Both the position numbers and the translations under genes were made by a program. From NCBI GenBank assembly GCA_036630325.1, contig CP142735.1, positions 620,001 to 684,000 on the forward strand: 64,000 nt of DNA, written 5' to 3'. The notes below the pieces were generated by a model. The model did not search any database, was not told the origin of the DNA, and was given only the letters and a program-made list of their open reading frames with translations. This document shows, piece by piece, positions 48,614 to 61,889 of this stretch. The DNA is from Vairimorpha necatrix. Lineage: Eukaryota. Within the stretch, counting starts at the first letter, position 1, and every line of letters begins with the position of its first letter.

Positions 48614-51200
48614 TGTCACCGTTCGGAGCGGACGCCAGGGAAAATGCATACTTGAGAAAAAAAAAATGTCCGTTCGGAGCGGACGCCAGGAAAATGCTTA
48701 CTTGAGAAAGGTAAAATATTTATAAAAAACTTTGGTATTTATTTGTGATTCGCATCTAAAAATTCTTTAATTTGAAGGGCATGAAGATAAAACTGAACAA
48801 CAATGAAAGACAAGAAGGTTTTGTCTTCTTAAAGATTGGTATTGTTCCAACAAGGTTTGTAGAAAAAACAAAAAAAAATGCTATAAGAAAAAGCAATAAA
48901 AACTATCCCTTTTGAGGATGTGATTAATGGTATCACAGAGCTCACGGAGAGATTTAAAGTAAATCTATAGATCATTAAGATTCCTTAACCCCAACGAGCA
49001 ACACTTTAAAATTGATTTACGTCTCAAATGATCATTCGGGACAGGACAGATTGTTTCCATTATTACAAACAAAAGTCTACGACGCAACCCAAAAAGATAT
49101 CCAGAGAGTTTTATATAGCTGTGATATATGTCGATCAAAGAGAAATCTAGTAACTAGACTAGTTATTTGACCAATTGTAGCAAAATTTCCAAAGGAAAGA
49201 TAAGTTGCAGACTTGAATGATCTCCGGCTATATCACGAACTCAATATAGGATATAAATGGTCATTGAATACTGTAGATTCTTTTAGCAAATTTTGTTGGA
49301 CGGCACCACTGCTTGATAAAACAGTTATTAGTGTAGGGAATGCCTTTGAAAAGTTGTTTAAAACGTTTAATTCTTGTTATATACTTCATGCCGTTAACGG
49401 CAGAGAATTTGAAAATCAAACACTCGTCGATTTATGTCAGAAATATGAAATAAGACAGATAAGGAAGAGAGCTAGATGTCCATGGATACAAGGAAAGATA
49501 GAACGATACAATCAAACAATAAAATGATTAATTGCATCTACTCTCAGGACAAATAATATTTGGGGTCAATGGACCAAGGTACGAGAAAAATCACCTGATC
49601 ATATAATAACTTCAGACGCTCTACTACGAGACAAACACCATTCTCTCAAATGGTTGGTAGACCAATTAGGGATAAAATTGACGAGTCTAGAATTAAGAGT
49701 ATTCTGGATTCGATAAATAGCGAAAATCACGAACAACAATGTGAGGACGAAGAACATTCTGACATAAGTTTAACAGATGTTCTAGATTGCAATACCAATC
49801 AAGAAATTGTACAACTATATGTTTGGAATAACACAACCCTTTTTTAATGAAATTTATCATGATGCAACTGGATATCACACAAACAGCTGCAGATGGGATG
49901 AGCAAAATAGTATGTGGAATAATGATTTCTCAGAATATAAAATATGAGATACAGTCCACACAAGGCCCCATTTGGACAACGACGTCAATACCAGAGAACC
50001 TTCTCTTTATGTAAATTTTGATGCAAAAGTCTATTTGGTTACAAACATAATATGGCGCTTCTCCGTCTTGCTGCCCCATTTTTTTGGTGCTGCAAAACAG
50101 TGGAAAACAAAAATTTATAATTTTATTTTTTTTTAAAAAAAGACCTCCAAAAGACAAAAAAAAATTTTATAATTTTAGATATTTTTGTTTTCCAATCTTG
50201 CTTTGTGTTAAGACTGCACGATAGAGACAAGGATCATTAATCTGACTAGACTATGTTGTTCTTTTAATCATGTTGTAGCAAATCTTGTAATATTATTGGA
50301 AAAAGGAAAAAAAATATTAGTTTTTAGATGTTCGAGACGAGAATGCAGGGCAAAAAACTGCATTTTATCTGCATTAAGTTAACATTTGAAATTTATTCTT
50401 TTGTTGTGTTCTTGGCCCTTTGTAACAACAATTATAGATTGATTATAAGTTTAACTGGCGTGTCAAATGACACTATTTTAAAAATAAAGCTTAAATTGTG
50501 AGAATGCATTAAAAAGAAATGGAAATCGTCTGCAAAATCGGGAGTTAAAGTTCGGGTTGATGAAACTTTATTGTGTAGAAGAGTTAGAATAGAGTTATAT
50601 TTAGAACTTATGATGAAGCAAAAGAATCTTTATGGATTTAGGGGTATTATAAGCTGTAAATAGAAAAATTTGTATAGTACAAGTTTTAGATCGAAAGATA
50701 AATACTTTAACAAGGACAATAGGAGATAGAGTTTTTCCAGGATCAGTTCGTTTTCTGAAGGTCATTCTAGTTATCCCCGTGTAGCAGCAAATCTAAAACT
50801 TAAACACATTATTGTATATCATTGAATAGAATTCACCAATGAAGATGGATTTCATACTAATAAGATCGAAAGTTTTTTGTATGGATTAGAAATGATTGAA
50901 CAGCACGGAGTAGAGCGTGTGAATATCGAGTCATGGCTTGAAAAATTAACTTTTAGAAAAAAATTATAAATAACGTAAGGGAGAACAAGGAAATGGAAGT
51001 TTTAATTATTTATATTTTTTTTTATTTTCGCTCCCCCCCCCAAAAAAAAATGGGGCAGCAAAACGGTGAAGATCCCGTATTACAATTTAATATTGTACAA
51101 TTATGTAGAGTAGATAATAATCGAATTTTTCAAAAGAAATAAGTACTATAGATCTAAGGTTGCATGGTGAAGAATAAAGTACTAAAAATTTTGTTAATTT
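48614..51200 (+). mobile_element. Decayed Ginger-like integrase transposon (same family as 17317-19111), interrupted by a Merlin remnant
   Basis: TGTC start with two tandem CCGTTCGGAGCGGACGCCAGG units. rve remnant 49213-49527 (NGREFEN, QGKIERYNQT). The right end was not found. Confidence 0.7.
50054..51075 (+). mobile_element. Decayed Merlin/IS1595 element
   Basis: TIRs GGCGCTTCTCCGTCTTGCTGCCCCATTTTT / AAAAATGGGGCAGCAAAACGGTGAAGATCC. VRVDET and GFHTNKIE remnants. Confidence 0.75.
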
Positions 51201-51739
51201 TATTTTTTTCCCTTTTTTAATTCTTCCTGATGTATCCCACTCTGAAATACGTCTCCAAAATACTTTTATTAAAATTCAGTTTATTAATATTTTTATTGTT
51301 TAATCCAGGTGTCCCCGGTCGGTGTTCGGTCTGTTTCCTTAATTCTTTGTTGATTGTGTTTCATCTTGTATTGTATGGGTCAGACCCAATTTTTTATTTA
51401 TAGCTTTTATTGTTTATTTGGTACCCAAACAAACAAACAAAACAAAATTAATAAATGTGTGGATCTTTAAGCAAGGATACCACACTTCCTTTTAGAAATT
51501 ATAAAATAAAACAAAACTATACCTCTTATAAAATCGAGACAAAATTTGGCGTATATTAAGACGAACATTTATTTATTACTATTTTCTAGTTTGCCCCTCA
51601 CTTAAAAGATTTTTTTTAATTTTTTTCCCCTAGCTCGCGCTGCGAACGGGCGTTCGCTCTTACCTGTGACTTAAATACCATCGAAGTTTTTTTTCGAAGC
51701 TCAGATCAAGATTTTCATCTTTTCATTTATAGAAAGTAT

Positions 51740-52957
51740 GGCGCTACTTCATTTTCTTGCCCTCCCTAGAAAAAAAAATTATTTAGAAGAAATTTTGTTT
51801 ATTTCAACCTACAAAGTTTTAAAATTTTTATATAAGCACACATATGATCATCATTATTGAAATGATTGATATTTTTTTTTCCAAGCGAATTCTTTTAGAA
51901 ATAAATTTATCCTATGCCTTTTAAGCCCCATTCTCGATCTATATTCATTCTTCAAATGGGACCACAAATTTTCTATATTATTTGTGTGGTCTCCTTCTGC
52001 ATTTATAAACCCAAGCGAATGATTTACTTTGTAATGTTCACTCCCAAAATTTCTAGAGGCTGGAGGGCATGAAGGGTATCCATCAGAAATTATAATAGAG
52101 CCATGTTTTACTCTGTGTCTAATAAACTCTTCAATAGTACCAGATTGTCGATTCGGTAGCAATTCAAGAACAAATTCTCTACAGTTACCTTCTACTATGC
52201 CGCCTATAATCCATTGAATTCCAGACATGGAATCCAAAGTTGAAGAAGGATTGGATACAATTACCCGTTGCATATGGCGGTTTCATCAAATTGTACACAA
52301 ACAGAAGTTCCTCATATTTGGTAGCTTTTATCGCTTTTAGAAGCAATGACTTCCATCACTGTATCCTTGTTTTAAATATATGAATATTCACATATTTTGC
52401 AAAGATCTATTGCTTGGTAAGTAGTATAATTTAATACCCAGCCATAGAATGCTCTAAGAATTTTGTGAAATTGAACGCTTATCCCTTTAAACATCGTACC
52501 ATTTTTAAGTGAACTCTTCGAACCACACTTTTTATTAACACAACGATAAGCTTTACCGTCAATTTAGCCGGAACATCCATTAATGTTCATAAGAACAGTT
52601 CGTTCTGATGTCGAACAATGTCTGCAAGCAATCGATCTTTTTAGAAGACCATTATCTAAAAAAAATCAATTGCTGCTTCATTGTGCCTAAAGCACGCATC
52701 TTCGCAGATATTTAGCTCCCGAATAGCTTCCTTTAAATTTCTTATTAAGGATTAAAAAATTAAAATTTTTTAACCCCTTAATGAGGAATCTGAAGGAGGC
52801 ATTTAAAAATTCTCAAATCGACAAAAAATAAAAAAATACCTTAACTTCATTTTCTTGCCCCCCTCAAAAAAAAAATATTTAGATTTGAAAAATAACACGA
52901 TTTTGTATCTTTTTATGTATGTTTTTTTTAGGGGGGGCAAGAAAATGAAGTAGCGCC
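51740..52957 (-). mobile_element. Merlin/IS1595 element, frameshifted transposase (51854-52273 plus upstream remnants)
   Basis: TIR GGCGCTACTTCATTTTCTTGCCC and TSD GAAAGTAT/AAAAGTAT. Motifs ISDGYP, VNHS and HTNNIENLW. Confidence 0.9.
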
Positions 52958-53454
52958 AAAAGTATGATTTAAACAAGTCTAAGAATATTTTAAGTTTAAA
53001 TTATAGCCGTCAGTATCCCGGGTTATATATATGATAGGCTGACTAGAAAAGGCAAAAGCAAGCAAAGACTTCCAAAATTTTTTTAGTTGATATAAAATTC
53101 TAATATTATGGCAATATAGAAATTCAAACATGGTACAATAACGATTAAATCCTGTGTAACATAAAAAGACTAAAATAAATAGATCGAGGATTTCAAAATA
53201 CTAAAAAGAAGGTCGGGAAATCTAATTAAAACCTGATATAATACAGTAAATATATGATATTTTGTAGAAAAATCTACAATAAAGAAACCCCTGGAAAATA
53301 TCTGCAACACTGTTATCATTTTGTAACGGTTCACTTAGACGATGTTTACTATTATTTACAAAACAACACTAAACATTTAGTTCGAAAATTACAAAACTAC
53401 AAAAAGGGAAGGGGGGTAAAAAAATAAGGAGCTTTACAAAATAGAGTAAATTAT

Positions 53455-55305
53455 TTATTTTGATAATTTAAATCTCATATTAGGAATCCTGCCAATTTTA
53501 AAAAGTATTGTCACAACACCAATCAGCAATAAAGAAGATCCAAACATGTTGAAAACTGTAATAAAATCTGCCCGTTTGCCAAATATATTGTAAATAATAG
53601 TTTTTTCTGCACCTTCTTCATATGAGTACCTGGTAATTTCCTCGACGAATGTTTTACTCAGAAATTCAGATATTGCAGACTCATTCTTAAATTTTTCTAA
53701 TAATCCAAAACATCTCATCCTTAAAAAAAGTCTAAAATTAAATATTGGAATGAGTGAAAACAGATACGCAATGGAATTATCATAGTTTATGTCATAAATT
53801 TTAATGCTATATTGTGATAATTGAAATAGCAACAGGAAAAAAGCAGGATTATATTCAATAATAATAGACATACAAGTGTATAAAAAAATATTAATGATAG
53901 TAGAGATAGTAAAAACTAAAAAGACTAGTGGGTGGAACAAAACATTTCTATAAAATAATAGATAAAAACAGAACCTAGGTAAAAAGAACATAAAAGTTCT
54001 TATTAGAGAATAGTAGAGCATTGCCATAAAATACGTACCATATGTGTATTTGCCGTTCAAATATTCAGGAACAAAATATTCGTTGTACTTCCATACATTT
54101 GTGTACGAATAAAACACCCAAATGACATGAGATAAAAAATATAAATGACTAACTATACCAAAACTTAAACTGAATATTTGATCATAAGAACATTGTTTCA
54201 ATTCTTCATTTAGTTCTAAATAATTATATGAAAGGGATATAAAGAAATGCAGAATTGGCTCCAATAAAATCAATAAGATTGTCCAAAAAGTCATTAAAAC
54301 GAAACCAAAATATGATTTGTTTTTGTTATAGGTAGTATCAAAGGAATGTTTCATTATCTTCCAACTATCATATAATTTAGGTTTAAAAGTAAGAGTAGTG
54401 TAGTTATTGCATATTGTAGGGGTATTTTCATTTCTACATGATTGCTTATTTTTTTCAATAATTTTCTTAACATTCGATTTATATTTCTTAGCTTCGGGAA
54501 GAAGGGAATGATCAGATATAATAACGAACAAAAATTCTGGCAATGATAAGTCTGATTCTGTAGAGATCCCATTTTCAACCAAAAAAGATTCTAATTGTTT
54601 ATATGGCCCAATATAAAATACTCCTAATTTAACTAATACAATTAAATCATCAAAGTAGCTGAAAAGACCGGCACCAGGTTGATGAATTGTAGATATAACC
54701 ATACAATTATAGTCCTGTGCATATTTTTTTAAGGTGTAAATAATTTCTAATGCTGTATTTGAATCTAACCCAGTTGTAGGCTCGTCTAAAATTAAAATTT
54801 CTGGATCATTAATCATAGAAATAGCGATCAAAGCTCTTTTACGTTCACCTCCTGAAAGTGATCCAACGAGACTATTTTTTTTGTGCAATATCGCGCATCC
54901 GTCAAGTATCTTGTCGGCTTTACGTTCGTCAAACTCCCGATATTTTGCTTCCCCAAGTGACATATAATATTTCATATGATCATAAATCGATAAGTCAGGA
55001 TAAAATATATCATCCTGGGGAACATAAGAAAACTTCATTTTCCATCCTTCTGGATTTCTTTCTTCACCATTGTATAAAATTCTACCAAATGTCTTTGATT
55101 TTCCACTAATATCTCCAACAAGCATTCTAAGAAAATGAGTTTTACCACAGCCACTAGAACCAAGCACAGCTGTAAGTTTCCCAGATTCAACTTTCCCAGA
55201 TAAAGATTTCAAAATCTCAGCGTATGGACCATGTATATTTGGATCTACATTTGGTACGTCGTAATAAAGATTTTCAAATTGAAGTGTTTTAGTTTCTCTT
55301 TCCAT
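53455..55305 (-). CDS. Intact ABCG-family half transporter (616 aa, NBD-TMD)
   Basis: Walker A GSSGCGKT, signature LSGGERKR, Walker B ILILDEP, H-loop STIHQP and a hydrophobic C-terminal half. CCCC lies before the ATG. Confidence 0.95.
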   Translation of the reverse strand: MERETKTLQFENLYYDVPNVDPNIHGPYAEILKSLSGKVESGKLTAVLGSSGCGKTHFLRMLVGDISGKSKTFGRILYNGEERNPEGWKMKFSYVPQDDIFYPDLSIYDHMKYYMSLGEAKYREFDERKADKILDGCAILHKKNSLVGSLSGGERKRALIAISMINDPEILILDEPTTGLDSNTALEIIYTLKKYAQDYNCMVISTIHQPGAGLFSYFDDLIVLVKLGVFYIGPYKQLESFLVENGISTESDLSLPEFLFVIISDHSLLPEAKKYKSNVKKIIEKNKQSCRNENTPTICNNYTTLTFKPKLYDSWKIMKHSFDTTYNKNKSYFGFVLMTFWTILLILLEPILHFFISLSYNYLELNEELKQCSYDQIFSLSFGIVSHLYFLSHVIWVFYSYTNVWKYNEYFVPEYLNGKYTYGTYFMAMLYYSLIRTFMFFLPRFCFYLLFYRNVLFHPLVFLVFTISTIINIFLYTCMSIIIEYNPAFFLLLFQLSQYSIKIYDINYDNSIAYLFSLIPIFNFRLFLRMRCFGLLEKFKNESAISEFLSKTFVEEITRYSYEEGAEKTIIYNIFGKRADFITVFNMFGSSLLLIGVVTILFKIGRIPNMRFKLSK

Positions 55306-55853
55306 TTTGGGGCTGATTAGGATTTTTTTATTTATATACTAAAAAGGAGTTATAGTTAAATTATAAAATTTTTTTTACTTCAAAAAATTACGGTAAATAA
55401 GCAAACTTAAGCTACTTTTTTTTTTTTGACATGTCAAATTTTTATTTTTATAAAATGCAACGCCAAAACTGTTGACAGGCGTTGAAAAAATTGACATTCA
55501 AAAATTTGTACACCCTTTAAATAAAATTATAATTTTACCAATAAAAAGCAATAAAAATTAACTTATCAAAATGTATAAACACAATTTGATTTATTTATAT
55601 TTGTTCTTGTATTAACTATAAACATTATTTTCTTAGAATTTTAATATAACTTTTAATTTAAATTTCTTCAAAACATTTATTGTGCGTAATTATCGTAGTA
55701 AATCAGAAGACTATATAAATGGTCGTATTTTGCCTCGAAAGGCGTGGCTAGACTTTTGATTGAAGTTTTCTTGCTCTTTTAAAAAAGTTTATAATATGAT
55801 GCGTACACAAATTTTTGACTATTTTAAGTTAAATCATCAAAAAGGTTAATATT

Positions 55854-57674
55854 TGTCGCGCGCGCGGGGCGCACGTGCGCCCAGCCCGCACACGGCCCAA
55901 TTCCCGCTTTTTAAGCCATTTTTCATTTTTGTTAAGGGTGCTTATGAAAAATGGCTCGCGCGGGGATCGAACCCTTCCTCTTAAAATTTGACCAGTTCGT
56001 TTCAGAATTTCTGACCCCTGAGCTAAACTCAGTTATAAAAAAACCTTAAAATATAAATAAGTTAAAAACAACACCATTTTAAAAAATATTTCATAACATC
56101 CCTCAAATGGTCTTACCTGTGAAAAACTCGGAAGAATATAAAAATATTCTAGATATTATTGTAGAAAACAAAGTCGTAAAAGATATTTCGAGGTTTTCTT
56201 TGGCGAGATTAAGGAAAAAGGCTGAACACTTTACAATTGTAGATAATCATCTTTACTTAAGAGGTATCGACAATCTACATTTAAAGGTTTTTGCACAAAC
56301 GGATATTTGTGCGATGAAGTTAGAAATGCAAAAACTTCACGTAGATGGGCATTTAGGTCAGAATGCCCTATACCTAAAAAGTAAATGTTTATATTTTTCA
56401 ATCCCAAGGGAATTGATACGTGATGTTGTACGTGAATGTAAAATTTGCGCTCAATGTCAGCCTTTGAAGACAAAGGAAAAAATGAAACATATTACAGCAG
56501 AATTTCCATGGGAACGCCTAATGATAGATCTTATTGATATGAGATCATACAAGGAGTTTAACGATGGGTATTGCTGGATATTATCTATTTTGGATGTATA
56601 TTCAAAATTTGCCAGAACATATCCATTAAAAGGTAAGACAGCTGAGTGTGTTATAGAGTGTTTGGAGGATTTATTTGAACATTATGGTGTACCTGGGATC
56701 ATTCAAAGTGATAATGGTAAGGAGTTTAGGAACAAATTGATGTATGATCTTGCATCAAAATATAAAATCCTTCTAATAAACGGGAGACCTAGACATCCAC
56801 AGGCACAGGGTCAGGTGGAACGGTTTAACCAAACAATCACAAGGTTATTATCAAAAAAATTAATGGACGAAGAAACATCAGAACGAAGTGAAAGGTGGAT
56901 TGATTGTCTAAAAAAGGTTACTAGTGTTTATAATCAAGCAGTTCATTCTGCGACTTCTTTTACTCCATTTGAGAAAATGTTTAACAGAGCTGGTTACAAC
57001 ACAGTAGTTCGTAAAAATTTTGAACCTGAGAATAAAGTGTCTTTAGAGTTAGATAGAGAAATATGTCCTGTGTCTGTTGATAATGAAATCGATTGTGTTA
57101 AAAAGGAAGAAAAATCTAAAGAAGACTGTGTATTTTCGAGTTACCAAAAAAAATACTTTGCACGAATGGATAGACGCGCGGTACACAATTCTATTTATGA
57201 TTTTGAAGTAGGTGATACTGTTTTATTGAAAAAAGATTTTGATAATAATAAAAAAACTAAGAAAAAAAAACTTGAATCTTTCTATCATAAAGAGTCTATA
57301 GTAATAGAAATTTTATCTAACAATCGAGTAAAGTTAAATTTAGAAGGAAATGAAGTTATAGTAGATTTAAATTTGATTAAAAAAATAAAAAATTAGTTTA
57401 TATATTTTGTCAGTACTTTTACTTATAAGGATTCCCGAACCCAACTTATTATCTTGAGTTTAAAAAGATTCCAATATCAAAAATATTCCCATGCAAAAAA
57501 AAAACTTCTGTAAATCTAAACAATTTAATTATCTTTTTAAAGTAAAACAAATCTATTATTTTTTATTCCTTAATTTTCCTTCGGAAAAAAAAAAATTGTT
57601 CTCACTGCGCTCGAACCCGGCAAAAACTTCGTTTTTGTGCGGGCTGGGCGCACGTGCGCCCTGGGCGCTTGACA
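55854..57674 (+). mobile_element. Apparently intact integrase-only TIR transposon (Ginger2/TDD-like)
   Basis: TGTC..GACA ends, GC-rich TIRs containing the palindrome GGGCGCACGTGCGCCC, and 5-bp TSD ATATT. Confidence 0.9.
56107..57396 (+). CDS. Retroviral-type integrase/transposase (HHCC + rve DDE), 429 aa
   Basis: Motifs HVDGH..CKIC, MIDLIDM, QSDNGKEF and QGQVERFNQT. CCC lies before the ATG. No RT nearby. Confidence 0.92.
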   Translation: MVLPVKNSEEYKNILDIIVENKVVKDISRFSLARLRKKAEHFTIVDNHLYLRGIDNLHLKVFAQTDICAMKLEMQKLHVDGHLGQNALYLKSKCLYFSIPRELIRDVVRECKICAQCQPLKTKEKMKHITAEFPWERLMIDLIDMRSYKEFNDGYCWILSILDVYSKFARTYPLKGKTAECVIECLEDLFEHYGVPGIIQSDNGKEFRNKLMYDLASKYKILLINGRPRHPQAQGQVERFNQTITRLLSKKLMDEETSERSERWIDCLKKVTSVYNQAVHSATSFTPFEKMFNRAGYNTVVRKNFEPENKVSLELDREICPVSVDNEIDCVKKEEKSKEDCVFSSYQKKYFARMDRRAVHNSIYDFEVGDTVLLKKDFDNNKKTKKKKLESFYHKESIVIEILSNNRVKLNLEGNEVIVDLNLIKKIKN

Positions 57675-58311
57675 ATATTTGAATGTAAATAAATAGATTT
57701 AGATTTTAAAAACAATTAAATATAAATTTTTAAAGACTATCAATGGCATTAAATCTGTCTTCCCCTGGCAGATTTTGTAATGAACAATAACGGGAAAGAA
57801 CAACAAAGAAAAAAAAATTTTATGTACAATGTATGGCTTAAGTAAAAACATTAAATTACTATCTTCTCATGAAAAGGATTTAATTTCTTAATTTTTCACA
57901 GTGAGTTTGTATTACATAGGCATGTTGATTGTTGCCACCATCACTTTCGGGCCAATCGTTTGATTTAGAAAAAGTTCAAGCCAGTGTTACCAAAAGGAGA
58001 GCTAGTTATTGTAGAAGGCTTTTATTAAAATGAAAACTACATTTATTTGGCATGTTTTATTCTATTTAAGATTTCTTAATTATTTTTAGTTTCGAATCAT
58101 TATAATTTGTTTCGTTTTTCTGTTTCATTCTGATTTTTGGCGTGTAACACAGCCGGAACATCAATAAAAAGGATTCTTGGTCAAAATGTTTAAAAAAGAA
58201 AGTTTTGTTAAATAAAGAAAGTATTGAGAAACTTGTTAAGTCAAAAACATGAAGTATAAAATAAAATATATCTATATGATGAGAAACGACTAGAGTAGTA
58301 AATTAGATATC

Positions 58312-59169
58312 GGCTAATTTTCACTTTATCCCCCCCCTTACCAATATAAATACAGAATTTTTTATTTTTAGCCCTGTTTTTTAAAAGTCGAAGCGTCCAG
58401 AGCGGAAAGGAACAGAGAAAAATTTACATAAGTAAAAAAAGGTCTTAGAAATATCTAATTTGAACATGTTTATGAAAAATATATTATTTAAACCAATTTG
58501 TTAATGTTTTCTAATAAACTATGAGTTAAATAGAAGTCTAAATTTGTAAAAATATGTTTTAACACATTGCTTTCTTTTGTCATTACATTTAATTTTTGCT
58601 AAAGATAAACATGTTTATACACAGTTTATGTTGTTTAAAACAGATTCTAGGTTTGGTTATTCTTAGTTTGGTAGTATATTTATTAGTCTTGTTTTTTAGG
58701 GTTAAAATGGTTTTTTTAGACAAACAGAGAATAATAATGTTATATTTATGCTCTTTAAACAATTATTGAATCGTATATAATGTCAATTTATTAATATATG
58801 TTATATTTTAGCTCCAAAAGTAAAATATTACATGTTTGGAAAATTCTTTAATTCTTGTTAAATATTCATTTATAACAGCAAATGAACCTTATAAATATTG
58901 TTTATATAGAGATTTTCGTTGTTATACATTGCAATGTACAATAAAGATAAATCTTGATCAATAAGTGGAAGAAGGAAATTTAAAAAAAATTGAAAAAAAA
59001 ATATAAAAACAATTGTTTTATTTTTGGTAAATATGCTATTTATTACAACTTTATTTTTTTGACTTTTGTTCCTTCACATTTTTTCCGCTTCGAATTTCGA
59101 AAAAAGGGATATTTTTTTAAAAATTCTTAATTTATATTGGTAAGGGGGGGGATAAAGTGAAAATGCTCC
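58312..59169. mobile_element. Non-coding TIR element (MITE, probably Merlin-derived)
   Basis: Inverted repeats TTTTCACTTTATCCCCCCCCTTACCAATATAAAT / ATTTATATTGGTAAGGGGGGGGATAAAGTGAAAA with GG..CC ends. The TSD is unclear. Confidence 0.7.
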
Positions 59170-60073
59170 TGAAAATATTTGATGCTGAATTGGCGTGAGT
59201 TTGATTGTTTCTGTAACTAGTAGAAATACTGCTATTTCCTTGAGTCAATACAAGATAATTTATAACCTGTTACATTATGATCATCAATCAATAGATAGCA
59301 TATGAGGCCACTTAGACAAGCAAAAGAATGAGGACTGTGAATTACACCATCAATGCTGTAACCCAAGCGATTCTGAGACACAAAAATAAACAGTTAAGTT
59401 GGTTTTTGCTCATCTATAATAGAAATATTCGATCTAAACAAAGACGAACACTATGAATATCTTTTACAGTTCCTCATGGCTTTCCTAATCCTGAAAAATT
59501 AACGAATAAATCGTCTTCTTTCATTATTATATATAAAACTTTAAGTGTATTTTTTGTTTTTCACTTTTGTAAAATTTTCAAAACGGGTTCCAAACGGCCA
59601 TGTACCTACTTAAAAACTACATTTTAGAAAATATAGCTGAAACAATTCATCATCATTATTAAACGCATTATTGATACAATACGAAGATTATAGTTATCAG
59701 ATTTTTAAAACTGATAGATGAATCGAATCTGAATGAAGAGACCTTTTGATATTGAAGGAACCTGGTTTGACTTTTACAGCATATAACATTTAGTTGTAAA
59801 ACTTAATGCAATAAATCCACCGCGTCACTTGTACTGCGATAAAAACCACAATATCTTTCCATTAGATAGATGTTTTGAAATTTTACCTATAAATAAACGT
59901 TAAGATATAATATTTCTCTTTAACCTATCCATAAAATTTCTTAAGAATAAAAATGAAACCCGAGAGACTTATTTTTTAGACGCTCTCGTAACTATAAACC
60001 AATTCCAAATATTTATGTCATTTTATTATATTGTTGTTATCTAAAACCTGTTTGAATAAATTCTTGAGTTGTT

Positions 60074-61330
60074 TGTCACCGTTTATAACGATATTTAGGG
60101 AAAAACTATACATAAGAAGAGCAAAAAAATATCCGGTTGGTGGAATATTTTATTAAAAATGCTTACTTTATATGGTCAAAAAAATATTACAAAAGAAAAG
60201 ATTGATGGTATTTTTTTTAAATTTGTATGTTAAAGATTTTTTAATATTGGGGCATGAAAATAAAATTGATTAATGATAAAGGACAAGAAGCTTTTGACTT
60301 TTTCTAACAAGGTTGGTAGATAAACAAGAAAGGTTGTTTTTAGGGCTTATCAAAAATAAAATATTCTATTTAAGAATATAATTAATGGAACCACAGAGCT
60401 TAATTTATGATTTTAAGTAGGTCTAAATTGATTATTTATAACAAATAAGCCACGCTTTAAAATTGATCAACGTTCAATATGGCACGCAGGACGGACATAT
60501 TTTTTCCATTATTGCAAACAAAAGTCGACGACGCAGCTCAAAAAGATATCCAAAAAGTCTTGAATAACTGTTATATATTTCAATTAAAAAAGAAAACTAG
60601 AACTAGACCATTATTCAACAAATTGTTTCAAAATATATAAGGAAAGATATGGTGCTAACTTGATTGATCTCTGACTATATTAAAAAAATAATAGATATAA
60701 ATTTATTAAATAATGTAAATTCTTTCCCCAAATTTTGTTGGGCGTGTTACTGATTGATAAAACAGGTAGTAGTGTAGTAAATGCCTTTGAAACATTGATT
60801 AAAACGGTGAGTTCTTGTTATATACTTCATACTGATTGCGACAGAGAATTTATAAATCAAATGCTCGTCGATTTATGTAATAAGTATGAAATAGGACACT
60901 TGGGGGAAGGCCAGATTTCTACGGATACAAGGTCTAATAATACGATGCAATCAATTTTTAAATAGATAAAAGTAAAAACTTTGGAAAGAAAAATATCTCG
61001 GTCAATGCATAAGGGTACGAGAAGAGGGTACCTGATCATTTAACAATTTAAGGCACTCAGCTGCGAGACAAACTCGATTTCCCCTATATTTGTTAAACAC
61101 ATTGGGGCATTTTGGACAAGTATTTATTGCGGGCATTCTAGATTCAATTGAAAGCGAAAATCATAAACAAGAATGTGTGGATGAAGAACGAGCTGAAGGA
61201 AGTTTTAAAGATGTATCAGATGCAAATACTATTGAAGAAATTCCACAACTATAGGTTAAATAACACAACCCTTTCTTAACTCGATTTTTGACATGATAAG
61301 TTAGAATATACACAAACTGAGTAAGATAGA
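60074..61330 (+). mobile_element. Highly decayed third copy of the Ginger-like integrase family
   Basis: Collinear with 48614-49900 (TGTCACCGTT start; HTDCDREFINQ). Confidence 0.7.
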
Positions 61331-61889
61331 AGGATACAAAGAAGTTGTAAAGAAAATATTATAAAAGTAAAAAATATTCATGTCCGGAGAATTCACCTAA
61401 AGCAATTAACCGAAAAAATGAAACATAAATTTTTATAGGGATATTCATTAACACAAATATTTAATTAAAATTTTTAATATGTATGGATCATATATATTGT
61501 ATATTATAGCTGTTGAGTATTATATTTTAGCTCAACAAATGAATTAAAAGTTTAAAAATTTAAAAATATAAAAATATTATAAAAAATAATCTGAAAATGT
61601 AGGATGCGGACAACGCATCATCAATTCCTCAAAATTATAACATACGATTTACTAATTTACTTGTAGCACATTGTTATTACGTTGCATTCGGTTGCAATGT
61701 TCTATCTAGACATATTGTAATAAAAGTCTCATCCAGTTTTTTACCAAAGTAAAATGAAGGTATCATAGGCACAAAAGAGGAGGCGCACGTTTGCAAAGTG
61801 AGATGTGTACTTTGCTCAAAAATGCCATAACTCTCTTTAGATAATTTAAAAGTTGCATTCCAAACCCCAAATTCAAATATGCAAATCGA

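Noticed and set aside
48614-48710. CRISPR-like direct repeats
   Set aside because: There are only two units with no unique spacers. They are subterminal repeats of a transposon in a eukaryotic context.
59200-60050. Possible decayed gene (LGYSIDGV-like peptide on the minus strand)
   Set aside because: Too degraded to assign without a search.
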